A stretch of DNA of 64,000 bases from an uncultured cyanobacterium (GCA_963706595.1 OY970166.1:32001-96000); one strand, 5' to 3'; positions 9,264 to 21,621 are shown, counted from the first letter of the stretch. A program made the numbers and translations. Notes: generated from the sequence alone by a model not told the origin.

Positions 9264-12200
9264 TTAAACTTCATCCTCCTCAATTATGGCACTACGATCA
9301 AGAATGAGTAAATCACGCAATTGGTTAGTATCCATTTCAGTTAACCATTCCTCACCAGTATTAACTACTTGTTCAGCCAATTGTTTTTTACTTTCAATCA
9401 TGTCATGAATTTTCTCTTCTAACGTGCCAGTACAGACAAATTTATGCACTTGCACATTCCGAGTTTGACCAATACGAAAAACTCTATCTGTCGCTTGATT
9501 TTCCACTGCGGGATTCCACCATCTATCAAAGTGAAATACATGATTAGCCCTAGTTAAATTCAAACCTACCCCACCCGCTTTTAAAGAAAGAATCATAATT
9601 GGAGGTCCTTGGGGGTCGTGTTGAAAACGGTCAATCATTTCCTCGCGTTGTTTTTTCGTGCTACTACCATATAAAAAGAATATTTCTTTGCCAAGTGTTT
9701 GCTGTAAATGAACTTTTAATAACTTACCCCATTCAGCAAATTGAGTGAAAATTAAAGCCCTATCTCCTTCCTCCAAAGCCACATTTAACATTTCATCTAG
9801 TCGTTGCAGTTTGGCAGAAGTATGTTCTTTTAATGTAGCTGCTTTCAAATATTGGGCTGGGTGATTACAGATTTGTTTCAATTTGACAAGTAACGCTAAA
9901 ATCATCCCTCGACGTTGCAAACCTTCAGCAGATTCAATTTCTGCTAAAGATGCTTCCACTACTTGTTGATACAGCGCAGCTTGTTCAGCAGCCAGACCAC
10001 AGAAAACCGTCATTTCTTGCTTTTCTGGCAAATCTTGAATAATATCACGATCTGTTTTCAGCCGACGCAGAATAAACGGTTGAACTAAACCCCGCAATTG
10101 ATTTAAAGATGCAGTATCACCATACTTTTCAATTGGCATAGCAAACCGTCTCTGGAAAAATTGGCGATTTCCCAAATACCCAGGATTAAGGAAATCTAAA
10201 ATAGACCACAATTCCTGGAGTTTATTTTCTACTGGTGTTCCTGTTAAAGCTATCCGAAATGTAGTTTTTAATTCCCTTACAGCCTTTGATTGTTTCGCTT
10301 CAGGATTTTTGACATTCTGGGCTTCATCTAATACAACTGTCTGCCAATCAACACTTTGCAAAGACTTAATATCACGGTGGACGAGTGAGTAACTGGTAAT
10401 AACTACATCGTGTTTTTGGACTGCTTCTACAAACGCTTTACCTTTGAGACGTTTATCGCCGTGGTGCTGTAAAACTTTCAGAGTAGGCGCAAATTTTTTA
10501 ATTTCTCTTTCCCAGTTACCTAAAATAGAAGTTGGACAAACAAGTAAGGTGGGATTTTCCAGTGCATCTTGTTCTTTGAGGTGCAGTAAAAAGGCAATTA
10601 ACTGAATTGTTTTCCCCAGTCCCATATCATCAGCGAGACAAGCACCCAAGCCCCAACGTTCTAAGAAAGCTAGCCAAGCCGCCCCTCTTTCTTGATAAGG
10701 TCGTAACTGTCCTTGAAAATTGGCAGGTGTGGGGAGGGGTGCAATGGTTTGATTATTCGTTAACGCCCCTATTAACTCTTGCAATGTACCAGATGCTTCA
10801 AAACTGACCACAGGTAACTTTTCAATCGCCTGGGTATCTCCAGAACTCAGACGTAAAGCATCTTCCAAAGAAAGTGTCATTTCGTCTTTGCGAGAAGCAA
10901 AAAATGTCTGTGCTGTTTTAATATCCTGGGGTCGCAATTCCACCCATTCACCGTTAATTTCTACCAGTGGGCTATTTAAAGCTACCAGTTTATTAAAGTC
11001 AGTTTTAGAAATAGTTTGTCCACCAATAGCCAATTGCCATTGAAAATTTAGTAAACTTTGTAAACCCAACCGACCCTGTTTTTTCTTTTGAGTTTCTGCA
11101 CTGATTTTTAAACCTAAACGATTCGCCCATCCTTCACGATTTGTCAAACTAGGAGGCAAAATTACCCCCAAACCACTATCTTCAAATCGCCAAGTTACAG
11201 ACTTGATAAATTCATAAGCTTGTAATGGGTTGAGGCGAGAAGATTGGGGATATTCTGTTTCTAAACTCGGTGTAAGAACTGGATATAATCGGGAAGCTAA
11301 ACCCAACCCCCGCAATAAAGTTTCTTGGGGTTGATCAATGGTGCGATTTTGATAAACTAATTGTTCAACTGGGTGATGCCAAATAGTTGCCGCATCTACT
11401 AAGAAATTTTCATCATCCGCAGCTTGGAGAAAATATGCCAATATCCAGTCTGTCGCGCCAGAGGCAGGGGGAAGCAGTTGAAAACAGGCTCGAAATAATG
11501 CTTTTCCTACCAGTTGGTATTGCAACGGCATCGTCCAAGATTTCAGTGCCGCTTCTAATCTTTCTACTTCCATTGCATCTGCATTGACTGTGTGAGATGC
11601 ACTGGTTAAACCTTGCAACCACTGTCTTACCGCAGATGGTAAAGATGCTAAAATTCTAGTTTCTAATAGAGGTTGAGAAGCTAACATCCCTCGCACTTGG
11701 GTATCTATCGTACTGTTGAGAAATCCTAATAATAATTCTTGCGGTTGAGTGGGGAAATCTACATACGTTATGGATGAAGAAGATTCCTCCCCACTCCCCA
11801 TTTCCTTCCGATAAGTACGACAAGCTAAGGGCATCTTTGCCGCAAATCTTTCTAAGCGAGTTCCGTCCACAGCACTGTCTAAAAGTACTTGCCATCTAGC
11901 AACAATAGAACTATCAGCTTGCCTTTGGATAGTTGGCAAAAACTTACATCGGGAAATTAAATCCAAACTCCAACGGGCAATTTGTGACCAAAAACGTAAA
12001 TCTCCACCGAACAAAGTATCCTCTTCCCTCGCAGCATTCAAAGGAACAGCAGCGAGAAATTTTATTGCTTCAGAGGGGTTGAGACAAAACCCCTCTACTC
12101 GCCACGGTTGAAGATATTGGGGTGAATTGATTTCCGAACCCAAAGTAGCAGAATGTAAAGGGGAAATAAATTCTATTTCTTGCTGATTGTTTTCTGAGAT

Positions 12201-12506
12201 ATGAGTTGGTAAATCAATGATTTGAGAGTGCGTTGGTAAGCTGATTTTAGTAGCAGTTGTACTTTTACGAGTTCGCCCAGTGGCAGCTACAGCAACTTGG
12301 GTTGGCTGCATTAAGCTAGGAATTTTAATATTCTGAGAACTTAACCACTCACTCAACTCAATTGGTGACATTACCAATGGATGTAGTGGTATATCTGGTG
12401 ATGCACTCAGAGCAAAATCGACTCGTGATGAACGCCAAGTTTCACCCCAGATAAATAAACAACTATTTTGATTTCTTACTAACCAATTACCGTGTAGAAT
12501 TGCCAT
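9264..12506 (-). CDS. SNF2-family (SWI2/SNF2) ATP-dependent helicase
   Basis: LADDMGLGKT, LDEAQ, LTGTPVEN and DRWWNPAVENQATDR motifs. Confidence 0.95.
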   Translation of the reverse strand: MAILHGNWLVRNQNSCLFIWGETWRSSRVDFALSASPDIPLHPLVMSPIELSEWLSSQNIKIPSLMQPTQVAVAATGRTRKSTTATKISLPTHSQIIDLPTHISENNQQEIEFISPLHSATLGSEINSPQYLQPWRVEGFCLNPSEAIKFLAAVPLNAAREEDTLFGGDLRFWSQIARWSLDLISRCKFLPTIQRQADSSIVARWQVLLDSAVDGTRLERFAAKMPLACRTYRKEMGSGEESSSSITYVDFPTQPQELLLGFLNSTIDTQVRGMLASQPLLETRILASLPSAVRQWLQGLTSASHTVNADAMEVERLEAALKSWTMPLQYQLVGKALFRACFQLLPPASGATDWILAYFLQAADDENFLVDAATIWHHPVEQLVYQNRTIDQPQETLLRGLGLASRLYPVLTPSLETEYPQSSRLNPLQAYEFIKSVTWRFEDSGLGVILPPSLTNREGWANRLGLKISAETQKKKQGRLGLQSLLNFQWQLAIGGQTISKTDFNKLVALNSPLVEINGEWVELRPQDIKTAQTFFASRKDEMTLSLEDALRLSSGDTQAIEKLPVVSFEASGTLQELIGALTNNQTIAPLPTPANFQGQLRPYQERGAAWLAFLERWGLGACLADDMGLGKTIQLIAFLLHLKEQDALENPTLLVCPTSILGNWEREIKKFAPTLKVLQHHGDKRLKGKAFVEAVQKHDVVITSYSLVHRDIKSLQSVDWQTVVLDEAQNVKNPEAKQSKAVRELKTTFRIALTGTPVENKLQELWSILDFLNPGYLGNRQFFQRRFAMPIEKYGDTASLNQLRGLVQPFILRRLKTDRDIIQDLPEKQEMTVFCGLAAEQAALYQQVVEASLAEIESAEGLQRRGMILALLVKLKQICNHPAQYLKAATLKEHTSAKLQRLDEMLNVALEEGDRALIFTQFAEWGKLLKVHLQQTLGKEIFFLYGSSTKKQREEMIDRFQHDPQGPPIMILSLKAGGVGLNLTRANHVFHFDRWWNPAVENQATDRVFRIGQTRNVQVHKFVCTGTLEEKIHDMIESKKQLAEQVVNTGEEWLTEMDTNQLRDLLILDRSAIIEEDEV

Positions 12507-12822
12507 GTACTAACTACTCAAAGTTTAATTAAACTAAAATCATTAATTATTGAATTTTACTGTAACATGAATAAACATAATTACTTCTATCTATGTTGTA
12601 GACGTTGCCTACTGGAAAAATAAGTAAGTGGGCGACAATAAACCTAAGTTAAATTTTGTATTTTAGCTCGTAGTAATTTCTCTCAACTCTTAATTCAGGA
12701 CTAAAGTCCTGACTACAAACCTTGAATTATTTACGACGAATTACTTATTGCATATCGGACAAAATACAAGCATTCAAATATTGAATATGATAAATTCAAG
12801 TAATAATCAAAATTCATAAAAT

Positions 12823-13377
12823 TTGTTGCTAATGAAATTCCCTTGTAAACAAGTTTTAAAAAATGACTTAGCCATCGAACTAGATTATATGAAGCCCGAA
12901 GAACAGGAGGAGGTGAGAACATTACTAAATGTCATAATTAATGAGGGCAAAACTTACCCCCAAAATAAACCTCTGTCGCAGGAGGCATTTGCAGCTTACT
13001 GGTTAAGTCAGGATGCCTTCGTGGTGAGGACATCTGCTCAAGATACGACACACAATCCAAAAGAAGTGCTGGGGGCATTTTATCTAAAGCCTAACTTCCC
13101 AGGTATGTGTAGCCATATTTGCAACGCTGGTTTTATTGTACAACCTGGGTTGCGCGGTCAGGGTATTGGAAGGTTTATGGGCGAGTCCATGCTAGCGATC
13201 GCAGCAAACCTGGACTATGAAGCCGTGATGTTCAATTTGGTCTTTGCAACTAATATACCTTCAGTTCAACTCTGGCAGTCCTTGGGATTTGAGATTATTG
13301 GCAATATTCCGCGTGCGGTGAAGCTAGCAGATGGGCAGATAGTAGAGGCACTAATTTTCTATCGGGCTTTGGGTTGA
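12823..13377 (+). CDS. GNAT family N-acetyltransferase (start uncertain)
   Basis: SHICNAGF, RGQGIG acetyl-CoA motif, FNLVFATN..LWQSLGF. Confidence 0.85.
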   Translation: MLLMKFPCKQVLKNDLAIELDYMKPEEQEEVRTLLNVIINEGKTYPQNKPLSQEAFAAYWLSQDAFVVRTSAQDTTHNPKEVLGAFYLKPNFPGMCSHICNAGFIVQPGLRGQGIGRFMGESMLAIAANLDYEAVMFNLVFATNIPSVQLWQSLGFEIIGNIPRAVKLADGQIVEALIFYRALG

Positions 13378-13478
13378 ACGACTTGTTTATCTTTGTGTGT
13401 ACCAGAAGTCAGTCTGAGGGCAGAAATGTTAGGATTGCCACAGAAAGAGAAAAGCAAAAGAGAAGGAAAAAAAACTGA

Positions 13479-15635
13479 ATGGCAGAAGTTGATAAGTCAA
13501 TATCCTTTGATGGTAGGGATATTAGACTGAAAGTAGGCTTACTGGCTCCCCAAGCTGGTGGGTCGGTTTTAATAGAATCAGGGGATACATCTGTTTTAGT
13601 GACGGCTACGCGTTCCAAGGGCAGAGAAGGAATAGATTTTCTTCCCCTGACGGTGGATTATGAAGAAAGATTGTATGCCGCAGGTAGGATTCCCGGAGGA
13701 ATCATGCGGAGAGAAGGTCGTCCACCAGAAAAAACCATTCTGACTAGCCGGCTGATTGACCGCCCCATGAGACCTTTGTTTCCTTCATGGTTGCGGGATG
13801 ATCTGCAAATTATCGCCTTTACGCTGTCGATGGATGAGTTAGTACCACCTGACGTTTTAGCAGTGACTGGTGCTTCCATTGCTACTCTGATGGCACAAAT
13901 TCCGTTTAATGGACCAATGGCGGCAGTGCGGGTGGGTTTAGTGGGTGATGATTTCATTATTAACCCCACCTATGCCGAAACTGAGAACGGCGACTTGGAT
14001 CTAATTGTGGCTGGTTCACCCCACGGTGTGATCATGGTGGAGGCGGGAGCCAATCAATTGCCAGAGCAAGATATTATTGAAGCAATTGATTTTGGTTATG
14101 AAGCGGTAAGAGATTTAATTAAAGCGCAGCAAGATTTGTTAGCGGAAATGGGTCTGAAAATTGTGCAGGAAGCACCACCAGAGGAAGACCCCACTCTGAG
14201 CAATTATATCCGCGATCGCGTCAGCGATGATATTAAGAAAATTTTGTCTCAATTTGAATACACCAAAGCCCAACGGGATAACGCTTTGGATATTGTAAAA
14301 GAGCAAGTTGCGAGTGCGATCGCCGAATTACCAGAAGAAAATGAAGTTCGACTGGCTGCAACTGCAAATAACAAAGCACTTGGTAACACCTTTAAAGACA
14401 TCACAAAACACTTCATGCGCCGTCAAATCGTTGACGACAACGTGCGCGTTGATGGTCGCAAACTCGATGAAGTCCGTCCTGTCTCTTGTCAAGTTGGCGT
14501 TTTACCCAAGCGAGTCCACGGTAGTGGTTTATTTAATCGCGGTTTAACCCAAGTATTATCCGCCTGTACCCTGGGTACTCCTGGAGATGCTCAAAACCTC
14601 AACGATGACTTGCAAACAGACCAATCCAAACGTTACCTGCATCATTACAACTTCCCTCCGTTCTCAGTTGGGGAAACTAAACCGATGCGTTTCCCAGGAA
14701 GACGCGAAATTGGTCACGGTGCTTTAGCAGAACGAGCGCTCATCCCTGTGCTACCGTCAAAAGAAGCATTCCCCTACGTGATTCGTGTCGTTTCGGAAGT
14801 GCTTTCTTCCAACGGTTCCACTTCTATGGGTTCAGTGTGCGGTTCCACTCTCTCCTTGATGGATGCTGGTGTTCCCATTCTCAAACCCGTAAGCGGCGCA
14901 GCAATGGGTTTGATTAAAGAAGGTGACGAAGTGCGAGTCCTGACTGATATTCAGGGCATTGAGGACTTCTTAGGCGATATGGACTTTAAAGTTGCCGGCA
15001 CAGATACCGGAATTACTGCCTTACAAATGGATATGAAAATATCTGGTCTGTCATTGGATGTAATTGCCCAAGCTGTCCACCAAGCGAAATCAGCCCGGTT
15101 GCATATTCTGGATAAAATGCTCCAGACTATCGAAGAACCAAGAGTTGAAACCTCACCCTATGCCCCACGTCTATTGACTATCAAGATTGATTCAGACATG
15201 ATTGGTCTGGTCATTGGACCCGGAGGTAAAACCATCAAGGGCATCACCGAAGAAACTGGTGCGAAGATTGACATCGAAGACGATGGCACTGTGACGATTT
15301 CTGCTGTGGATGAAAGTAGAGCGAAGAAAGCCCGTAACATCATTCAAGGCATGACTCGTAAGTTACACGAAGGTGATGTTTATGCCGGGCGTGTGACTCG
15401 GATTATCCCCATTGGTGCATTTGTAGAATTTCTGCCTGGAAAAGAAGGCATGATTCACATTTCTCAATTAGCTGACTATCGCGTTGGCAAAGTTGAAGAT
15501 GAAGTAGCTGTTGGGGATGAAGTGATTGTCAAAGTGCGCGAAATTGACAATAAAGGACGAATTAATCTCACACGTTTAGGTATCCACCCAGACCAAGCGA
15601 CTGCGGCACGAGAAGCTGCGGCAGTGAATCGATAA
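13479..15635 (+). CDS. pnp: polyribonucleotide nucleotidyltransferase (PNPase)
   Basis: Two RNase PH domains, [18 protein letters not shown] and S1 domains. Confidence 0.98.
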   Translation: MAEVDKSISFDGRDIRLKVGLLAPQAGGSVLIESGDTSVLVTATRSKGREGIDFLPLTVDYEERLYAAGRIPGGIMRREGRPPEKTILTSRLIDRPMRPLFPSWLRDDLQIIAFTLSMDELVPPDVLAVTGASIATLMAQIPFNGPMAAVRVGLVGDDFIINPTYAETENGDLDLIVAGSPHGVIMVEAGANQLPEQDIIEAIDFGYEAVRDLIKAQQDLLAEMGLKIVQEAPPEEDPTLSNYIRDRVSDDIKKILSQFEYTKAQRDNALDIVKEQVASAIAELPEENEVRLAATANNKALGNTFKDITKHFMRRQIVDDNVRVDGRKLDEVRPVSCQVGVLPKRVHGSGLFNRGLTQVLSACTLGTPGDAQNLNDDLQTDQSKRYLHHYNFPPFSVGETKPMRFPGRREIGHGALAERALIPVLPSKEAFPYVIRVVSEVLSSNGSTSMGSVCGSTLSLMDAGVPILKPVSGAAMGLIKEGDEVRVLTDIQGIEDFLGDMDFKVAGTDTGITALQMDMKISGLSLDVIAQAVHQAKSARLHILDKMLQTIEEPRVETSPYAPRLLTIKIDSDMIGLVIGPGGKTIKGITEETGAKIDIEDDGTVTISAVDESRAKKARNIIQGMTRKLHEGDVYAGRVTRIIPIGAFVEFLPGKEGMIHISQLADYRVGKVEDEVAVGDEVIVKVREIDNKGRINLTRLGIHPDQATAAREAAAVNR

Positions 15636-15782
15636 ATCGATTGGGGATTTTAGATTTTTATCTAAAATCCGCGATGCCTAGATTCAAGGCATCGCCGTGG
15701 GTTTCGGAAGTTTAAAATCAGAGTCGCAGGACTGAAAGTCGCGGCTATAGAAACAAAGCCTGCGTTCGCAGGCTCGCTACAT

Positions 15783-16952
15783 TTAGTCAACCAGAGAACT
15801 GACAAATTTCTCTAACCTCTCCATCCCTGTTTCAATAGTTGCCATATCAGTGGCGTAAGACAAACGAATGTTTTGGTCAGCACCAAAGGCAATGCCAGGA
15901 ATTACTGCTACTTGCTGTGCTTCCAAGAGGGCGTTACAAAATTCTAGGGACTTCAGACCTGTTTTGCTGATATCAGGAAATAGATAAAATGCGCCATCTG
16001 GTTTAGCACAACTCAGCCCCGGAATGGCGTTGAGTCTGTCTGACATTACTTGTCGCCGTTTAGCGAAAGCTTGGCGCATGGTTTCTACGCAGTCTTGAGA
16101 ACTTTCTAAAGCCGCGATCGCACCATATTGAGCAAAGGTACACACATTCGATGTACTGTGTCCTTGAATGGTACTAGCCGCTTTAATAATTTCCACTGGA
16201 CCAGCTAAATAACCCAGTCGCCAACCAGTCATGGAGTAAGCTTTCGCGAACCCGTTGCTGATTAAGGTGCGGTCAAAAATTTCTTTACCCAGAGAACCAA
16301 TACTGATGTGCGTAGCACCATCGTAGAGAATCCTTTCGTAAATCTCATCAGATACGACAAAAATATCTGCATCCACTACAACTTGCGCCAGTGCTTTAAT
16401 TTCATCTGGCGTGTACACCATCCCAGTGGGATTCGATGGGGAATTGAGAATAAATAACTTGGTTTTCGGTGTAATTGCTTGACGTAGTTGCTCCGGAGTA
16501 ATTTTATAATCCGTCGCCGCATCTGTGGTGACAATGACTGGGTTTCCACCAACTAAAGTCACCATTTCCGGGTAACTTAGCCAATAGGGAGCCGGGATAA
16601 TGACCTCATCACCCGAATCAATCAGGGCTAACATCAAGTTAAACAGAGAATGTTTACCGCCATTGGTGACAATCACATTCTCTGACTGATAATCAAGACC
16701 ATTCTCAGTTTTCAGCTTATGGGCGATCGCTTCCCTTAACTTTGGTTCTCCTGCTGCTGGTCCATACTTGGTTTTTCCTGATTCCAAAGCTGTCGCTGCT
16801 GCGGCTTTGATGTGGGCTGGAGTGTCAAAATCCGGTTCTCCAGCGCTGAAACTACAAACGTCTATTCCTTCAGCCTTCATGGCCTTAGCTTTAGCTGCGA
16901 TCGCTAAGGTTAAAGAAGGTGTCACCTTACTTACTCGTGCTGCCAGCTTCAT
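15783..16952 (-). CDS. class I/II PLP-dependent (aspartate) aminotransferase
   Basis: [13 protein letters not shown] and [13 protein letters not shown] motifs; start taken at MKLAARV. Confidence 0.92.
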   Translation of the reverse strand: MKLAARVSKVTPSLTLAIAAKAKAMKAEGIDVCSFSAGEPDFDTPAHIKAAAATALESGKTKYGPAAGEPKLREAIAHKLKTENGLDYQSENVIVTNGGKHSLFNLMLALIDSGDEVIIPAPYWLSYPEMVTLVGGNPVIVTTDAATDYKITPEQLRQAITPKTKLFILNSPSNPTGMVYTPDEIKALAQVVVDADIFVVSDEIYERILYDGATHISIGSLGKEIFDRTLISNGFAKAYSMTGWRLGYLAGPVEIIKAASTIQGHSTSNVCTFAQYGAIAALESSQDCVETMRQAFAKRRQVMSDRLNAIPGLSCAKPDGAFYLFPDISKTGLKSLEFCNALLEAQQVAVIPGIAFGADQNIRLSYATDMATIETGMERLEKFVSSLVD

Positions 16953-17039
16953 GCTTAATTTATTTGGCAAATCTCTCACTTATCTAAGGATATCTCACAA
17001 TCCCTACACAGATTTGCCTTTTTTTATTCCTGAGCTAGT

Positions 17040-17702
17040 TTAAAAGCCAAACATCTGTACAGCGTACATCCGGCCATTCGCCCCAATTACCACTCCATAA
17101 CCAAATTTGGTGTATTTTTCGGTGAGGAGATTAGCACGGTGTCCATTACTGTACATCCAACCGCGTTGAAACTTTTCTGCTTCTGTGTAAGTTAATCCCC
17201 AGCCTTTAGTCTGACTCTGAACAATATTTTCACCAACTCCTTGAAGTGGGCTAGTACCGACTGCAACGTAGCGATCTTGGGGAGTTTTGCCGTCAGGGGA
17301 AATATGATCGAAGTATTGGCGGTCAAACATATCCTGTGCGTGGAGTTGTGCGGCGAGGGATAGTGCAGAATCTTCTTCCAAAGGCGGCAAATTATTCACA
17401 GTGCGATCGCGATTTACTAGTTCTAATGCAAAACTTCTTAACTCCGGTAGCGATCGCAAATTTTCGGCATTCCAAATTGTTGCTTTTGGCTTGCCTATTT
17501 TCCAGTCCGCGCCACCATTCCCGTTGTAAAGACCCGCGCCCAAAAGCCCATAAGGCGAGAGTTCAGTCCAGAAGTAGTTAATATCTAGTGGATAACCTCG
17601 TAATGCCTGATTAATGAAATGGGTAGTCGGGCCAGATACCAACACCACTGTAAACAACAGAATGTATTTCCACCAACTTTTGACGGGGCTTTTTGTTTCC
17701 AT
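17040..17702 (-). CDS. CAP/SCP domain protein
   Basis: HAQDM..YFDH, GENI and WMYSNGHRANLL motifs. Confidence 0.88.
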   Translation of the reverse strand: METKSPVKSWWKYILLFTVVLVSGPTTHFINQALRGYPLDINYFWTELSPYGLLGAGLYNGNGGADWKIGKPKATIWNAENLRSLPELRSFALELVNRDRTVNNLPPLEEDSALSLAAQLHAQDMFDRQYFDHISPDGKTPQDRYVAVGTSPLQGVGENIVQSQTKGWGLTYTEAEKFQRGWMYSNGHRANLLTEKYTKFGYGVVIGANGRMYAVQMFGF

Positions 17703-17990
17703 AATCAGAAAACCACTGAATTATTCCTGCATCTGCGTAATTTATACATTACACAAAAATTAGGCACTTGTTATATTTATTGCTATTCAACACCATAGCA
17801 CATTTTTAACAATGGTTTTCAGTAGTTCGTACTATTCGGCTGTTGATCAAATAGTTATTAGTGAGTAGGTCAGCACAATTATTTCATCGTTACAATATTT
17901 GGATTTGGCGAAGTTTTACAATACTTTTTTATTCCCTACCCTTAAGGGTACTAATAGCGAGTATCAACAGAGATCAAAGTTCAGAAGCCG

Positions 17991-18615
17991 TTATTGATTA
18001 GAACCGCCAGTAGCATCACCTGGGGTAGAAGTACTACTATCAGACGGATCATTTTTCGTACTTGGTGTGACGGTATTACTAGAAGTACCGCCTTCGTTTT
18101 CTGAAGTAGAAGTATTATTCGTTGGACTGGTTGGGCTTTGTACTGGTTTAGGACTTGGCTGAGTTGGAGAAGGCGTTTTTTCTACCGCAGGCTGTTGGGG
18201 TGGAATAGTAATATTAATATCCGGTTGGCGAGGTGTAGATGGGGGTGTAACCGGCTGTTGTGGAACAGGTATAAATACAGGTACTTCCTTCGTTGTTTCA
18301 ATTATCGTCGTTTGTGGTTGAGGAGATGGAGTAGCTGTGGGACTGCTGTCAGTCGGTACAGGAACCAAAACCGGCACAGTATTAGTATTGTCTTGAACCT
18401 CTACCTTATTGCTTTGGTTGAAGTACCAAACTCCACCTACAATCAAACTCAACAGGGAAGTAATGATAATACCTAACAGCAAACCACGAGTAGCATTGTT
18501 CTCGTCACGTTCGGCTAAATTGTTTTCAGTGGTTATTGTCCGGCGTGTGTCAGTATTACCATTAATATCAGTATAAGATTCTTGCTTGACTTCACTATTT
18601 TTTCAATCTATTCAC
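17991..18615 (-). CDS. Pro/Thr-rich single-pass membrane protein; 5' part out of frame at an A6 run (about 18598-18603)
   Basis: The frame stays open upstream of 18482 (..ESYTDINGNT..RDENNATRGLLLG); deleting one A joins it to GTG at 18615. Confidence 0.6.
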
Positions 18616-18666
18616 TCGCGCATCTCAAGATTCTGAGATATGTTCTTGCCGAGTGCCAATTTCTCG

Positions 18667-18990
18667 TCAGTTTTTCGGAGTTAGCTCTTGTCCCCGCTTG
18701 CCACTTTCAATAGAATGATCGACCGCCCCTGGTGTCTTGATAATGACTTTTTCTTTCTTTCTTTCTTTGGTAGAATAGTAGGGTTTAATCGCCTCTGTTT
18801 GCACTACAATTTTACGTTCTTGGTTGCCATAATAAGGCTTAGATACAGCTATGTTGTGGTCTTTTTCCTGATAATAGCCCTCAGCTTGGACTGGAGCAGT
18901 AGGTAAGCTGATCAACCACATTAAACCAGCCAATAATACTATGGTTAATTGACGATGCAATTTATTAAATATTTTTCGGATATTCAACAT
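18667..18990 (-). CDS. hypothetical secreted protein
   Basis: AGGAG RBS, signal peptide ending PVQA, two KPYY repeats. Confidence 0.65.
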   Translation of the reverse strand: MLNIRKIFNKLHRQLTIVLLAGLMWLISLPTAPVQAEGYYQEKDHNIAVSKPYYGNQERKIVVQTEAIKPYYSTKERKKEKVIIKTPGAVDHSIESGKRGQELTPKN

Positions 18991-19203
18991 GGTAAAAGTC
19001 GTCTCCTAAGTCTTTCATAAATGCTTAAATATTAGGAGATTCTTCATTGTTTTAACGTCTTCCTCTAGGATAGTGACGTGTATATAAAAAGTATCATTAT
19101 TAGTTATTAGGGCGTTGCTGAAACCAACTATGAATTTAAATGTAGAGACGTTCTATATAACGTCTCTATTTTGTCACAGATGTCCGCAGACTCCCCATAA
19201 TTC

Positions 19204-20286
19204 CTAAGCTATAGTCACATCTGGTGACAAGTAAACATCCTGAATTGCATGAAACAGTTTCACACCTTCCTCAAAAGGACGCTGGAAAGTTTTCCGCCCA
19301 GAAATTAAACCCGTACCGCCAGCCCGCTTATTAATTACTGCTGTCCGCACAGCTTGGGAAAAATCATCTTTACCAGATGCACCACCAGAATTAATTAGCC
19401 CTGCACGTCCACAGTAGCAATTAAGCACTTGATAACGAGTTAAATCAATCGGGTGATCACTTGTTAATTCTGTGTAAACTCGGTCATTAGTTTTGCCGTA
19501 ACTCTGATTAGTCGCTTTCGCTACTGCACTATAACCATGATTACATTCGGGTAACTTTTGTTTAATAATGTCAGCTTCAATGGAGACACCCAAATGATTG
19601 GCTTGTCCGGTGAGGTCAGCCGCAAGGTGATAATCTTGTTCTTGTTTGAAAGCGTTATTACGCAGATAGCACCAAAGAATTGTCACTAAACCCAGTTCAT
19701 GGGCGTATTTAAAAGCTTGGCTGACTTCCTGAATTTGTCTAGCAGATTGTTCTGAACCAAAGTAAATTGTCGCGCCTACCGCCACAGCACCCAAGTTCCA
19801 AGCTTGTTCCACATCAGCAAACAATATCTGGTCATATTGATTGGGAAAAGTTAGCAGTTCGTTATGATTAATTTTAGCGATGAAGGGGATTTTATGGGCA
19901 TATTTACGCGAAACGCTACCTAATACACCTAAAGTCGTCGCAACAGCATTACAGCCCCCTGCTATTGCCAATCTGATAATATTTTCGGGATCAAAATAAA
20001 TCGGATTAGGCGCAAAAGATGCCCCGGCTGAGTGTTCAATTCCTTGGTCTACTGGTAAGATAGACAAATAACCAGTATTTGCTAACCGACCGTGAGAGTA
20101 AAGCTGCTGGAGATTACGCAAGACTTGAGGATGGCGATCGCTATTTATCCAAACTCGATCTATAAAATCTGGGCTTGGTAAATGTAGTAAATTCTGAGAA
20201 ATTTTCGCTTTGTAGGTGAGTAAGTTTTCTGATTCTTTACCTAAGAAAGATTGGATAGAGTTAGCCTCTAAAAGCGTTGTATTCAC
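19204..20286 (-). CDS. fbaB: class I fructose-bisphosphate aldolase (FbaB/DhnA type)
   Basis: [17 protein letters not shown] and GLISGRK motifs. Confidence 0.95.
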   Translation of the reverse strand: MNTTLLEANSIQSFLGKESENLLTYKAKISQNLLHLPSPDFIDRVWINSDRHPQVLRNLQQLYSHGRLANTGYLSILPVDQGIEHSAGASFAPNPIYFDPENIIRLAIAGGCNAVATTLGVLGSVSRKYAHKIPFIAKINHNELLTFPNQYDQILFADVEQAWNLGAVAVGATIYFGSEQSARQIQEVSQAFKYAHELGLVTILWCYLRNNAFKQEQDYHLAADLTGQANHLGVSIEADIIKQKLPECNHGYSAVAKATNQSYGKTNDRVYTELTSDHPIDLTRYQVLNCYCGRAGLINSGGASGKDDFSQAVRTAVINKRAGGTGLISGRKTFQRPFEEGVKLFHAIQDVYLSPDVTIA

Positions 20287-20784
20287 TGAATTTTCCCCTA
20301 ACTTTAGTCCATGACAAAAATAATTACTAATTCATAGTTAGTTAAATTTTCAAGAATAATAGTGAAGAACCACAGATAAATTGACCTGTATTTCCTGTGG
20401 GAAAGCAGTCGGTGTTGGAAAATGCGTTTACATTTACGTTTATCTGTGGTTACTAATAATAATTAGGATTCTTGCCATAGTTCTATTTTAAATTTTCATC
20501 TGATTAAGTCATATACCAAAAGACACAAATCCCCTCAGCTTTTGTCCTCAGAACAAGCAGCATGGAATATTCACGTGGGGTATATATCTGCAATGGGTTA
20601 TGGTTCTTGTGGTATAATACCATCTCAGCTTTTGAACTGATGCCAAAAAATGTTTCCCAGTACTTTGCCCAAAAAATAACGTACTCAATACGAAAGTAAA
20701 TGATCGCTGAAGGCTCTGCATGATTGCAACACAGTCATACACCAGAAGAACACATTTAAAATATTACAACGAAAAGAGTTAAGT

Positions 20785-21573
20785 ATGCTGGGAGCGATCG
20801 CAGGAGACATTATCGGCTCTGTATATCAGGGTAAAAATTTTAAAACTAAGGATTTCCCGCTTTTTAATAGACAATGCCGCTTCACTGACGATACAGTTTT
20901 GACTGTGGCAGTAGCAGATGTGATTCTCAACGCCGGCAAACCTCCAGTTAGTAGTCAATATATCGACCAATTAAAGTTGTACTATCGCCACTACCCTTAT
21001 GCTGGTTATGGGCGTAACTTTCGAGAGTGGGCGAACTCTAGCCGACGCGAACCATACAACAGTCTGAGTAATGGTGCAGCTATGCGAGTGAGTCCCATTG
21101 GGTTTGCCTTTAATGACTTGGAGACTGTATTACAACAAGCGCAGATTAGTGCGGAAATTACCCATAACCATCCTGAAGGCATTAAGGGCGCTCAAGCTAC
21201 AGCCGCCGCCATCTTTCTAGGGCGTACAGGTCATGATAAAGGGAAAATTCATTCTTATATTCAAAATACCTTTGAATATGACTTAGAGCGCACTCTGGAG
21301 CAAATTCGACCGACTTACCAATATGATCCTACTTGTCAGGGTTCTGTTCCCCAAGCAATCATCGCTTTTTTAGAATCTCAAAATTTTGAAGATGCTCTGC
21401 GAAATGCCGTCTCAATCGGTGGTGACAGCGATACCATTGCTTGTATTACAGGTAGTATTGCTCAAGCATATTATGGTGGTGTACCCAAAGCGATCGCCCA
21501 ATCAACAATATCTCATTTAAATCAACATCTTTCCACTGTTACCGAAACCTTTATGTTTCAGTACTGTAATTGA
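20785..21573 (+). CDS. ADP-ribosylglycohydrolase family protein
   Basis: GAIAGD, FTDDT, NGAAMR and GGDSDT motifs. Confidence 0.92.
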   Translation: MLGAIAGDIIGSVYQGKNFKTKDFPLFNRQCRFTDDTVLTVAVADVILNAGKPPVSSQYIDQLKLYYRHYPYAGYGRNFREWANSSRREPYNSLSNGAAMRVSPIGFAFNDLETVLQQAQISAEITHNHPEGIKGAQATAAAIFLGRTGHDKGKIHSYIQNTFEYDLERTLEQIRPTYQYDPTCQGSVPQAIIAFLESQNFEDALRNAVSIGGDSDTIACITGSIAQAYYGGVPKAIAQSTISHLNQHLSTVTETFMFQYCN

Positions 21574-21621
21574 CCAATAGTTCCTTGGTGCTACAAGCCC
21601 CCAGATTTATCTGTGGGAGCA

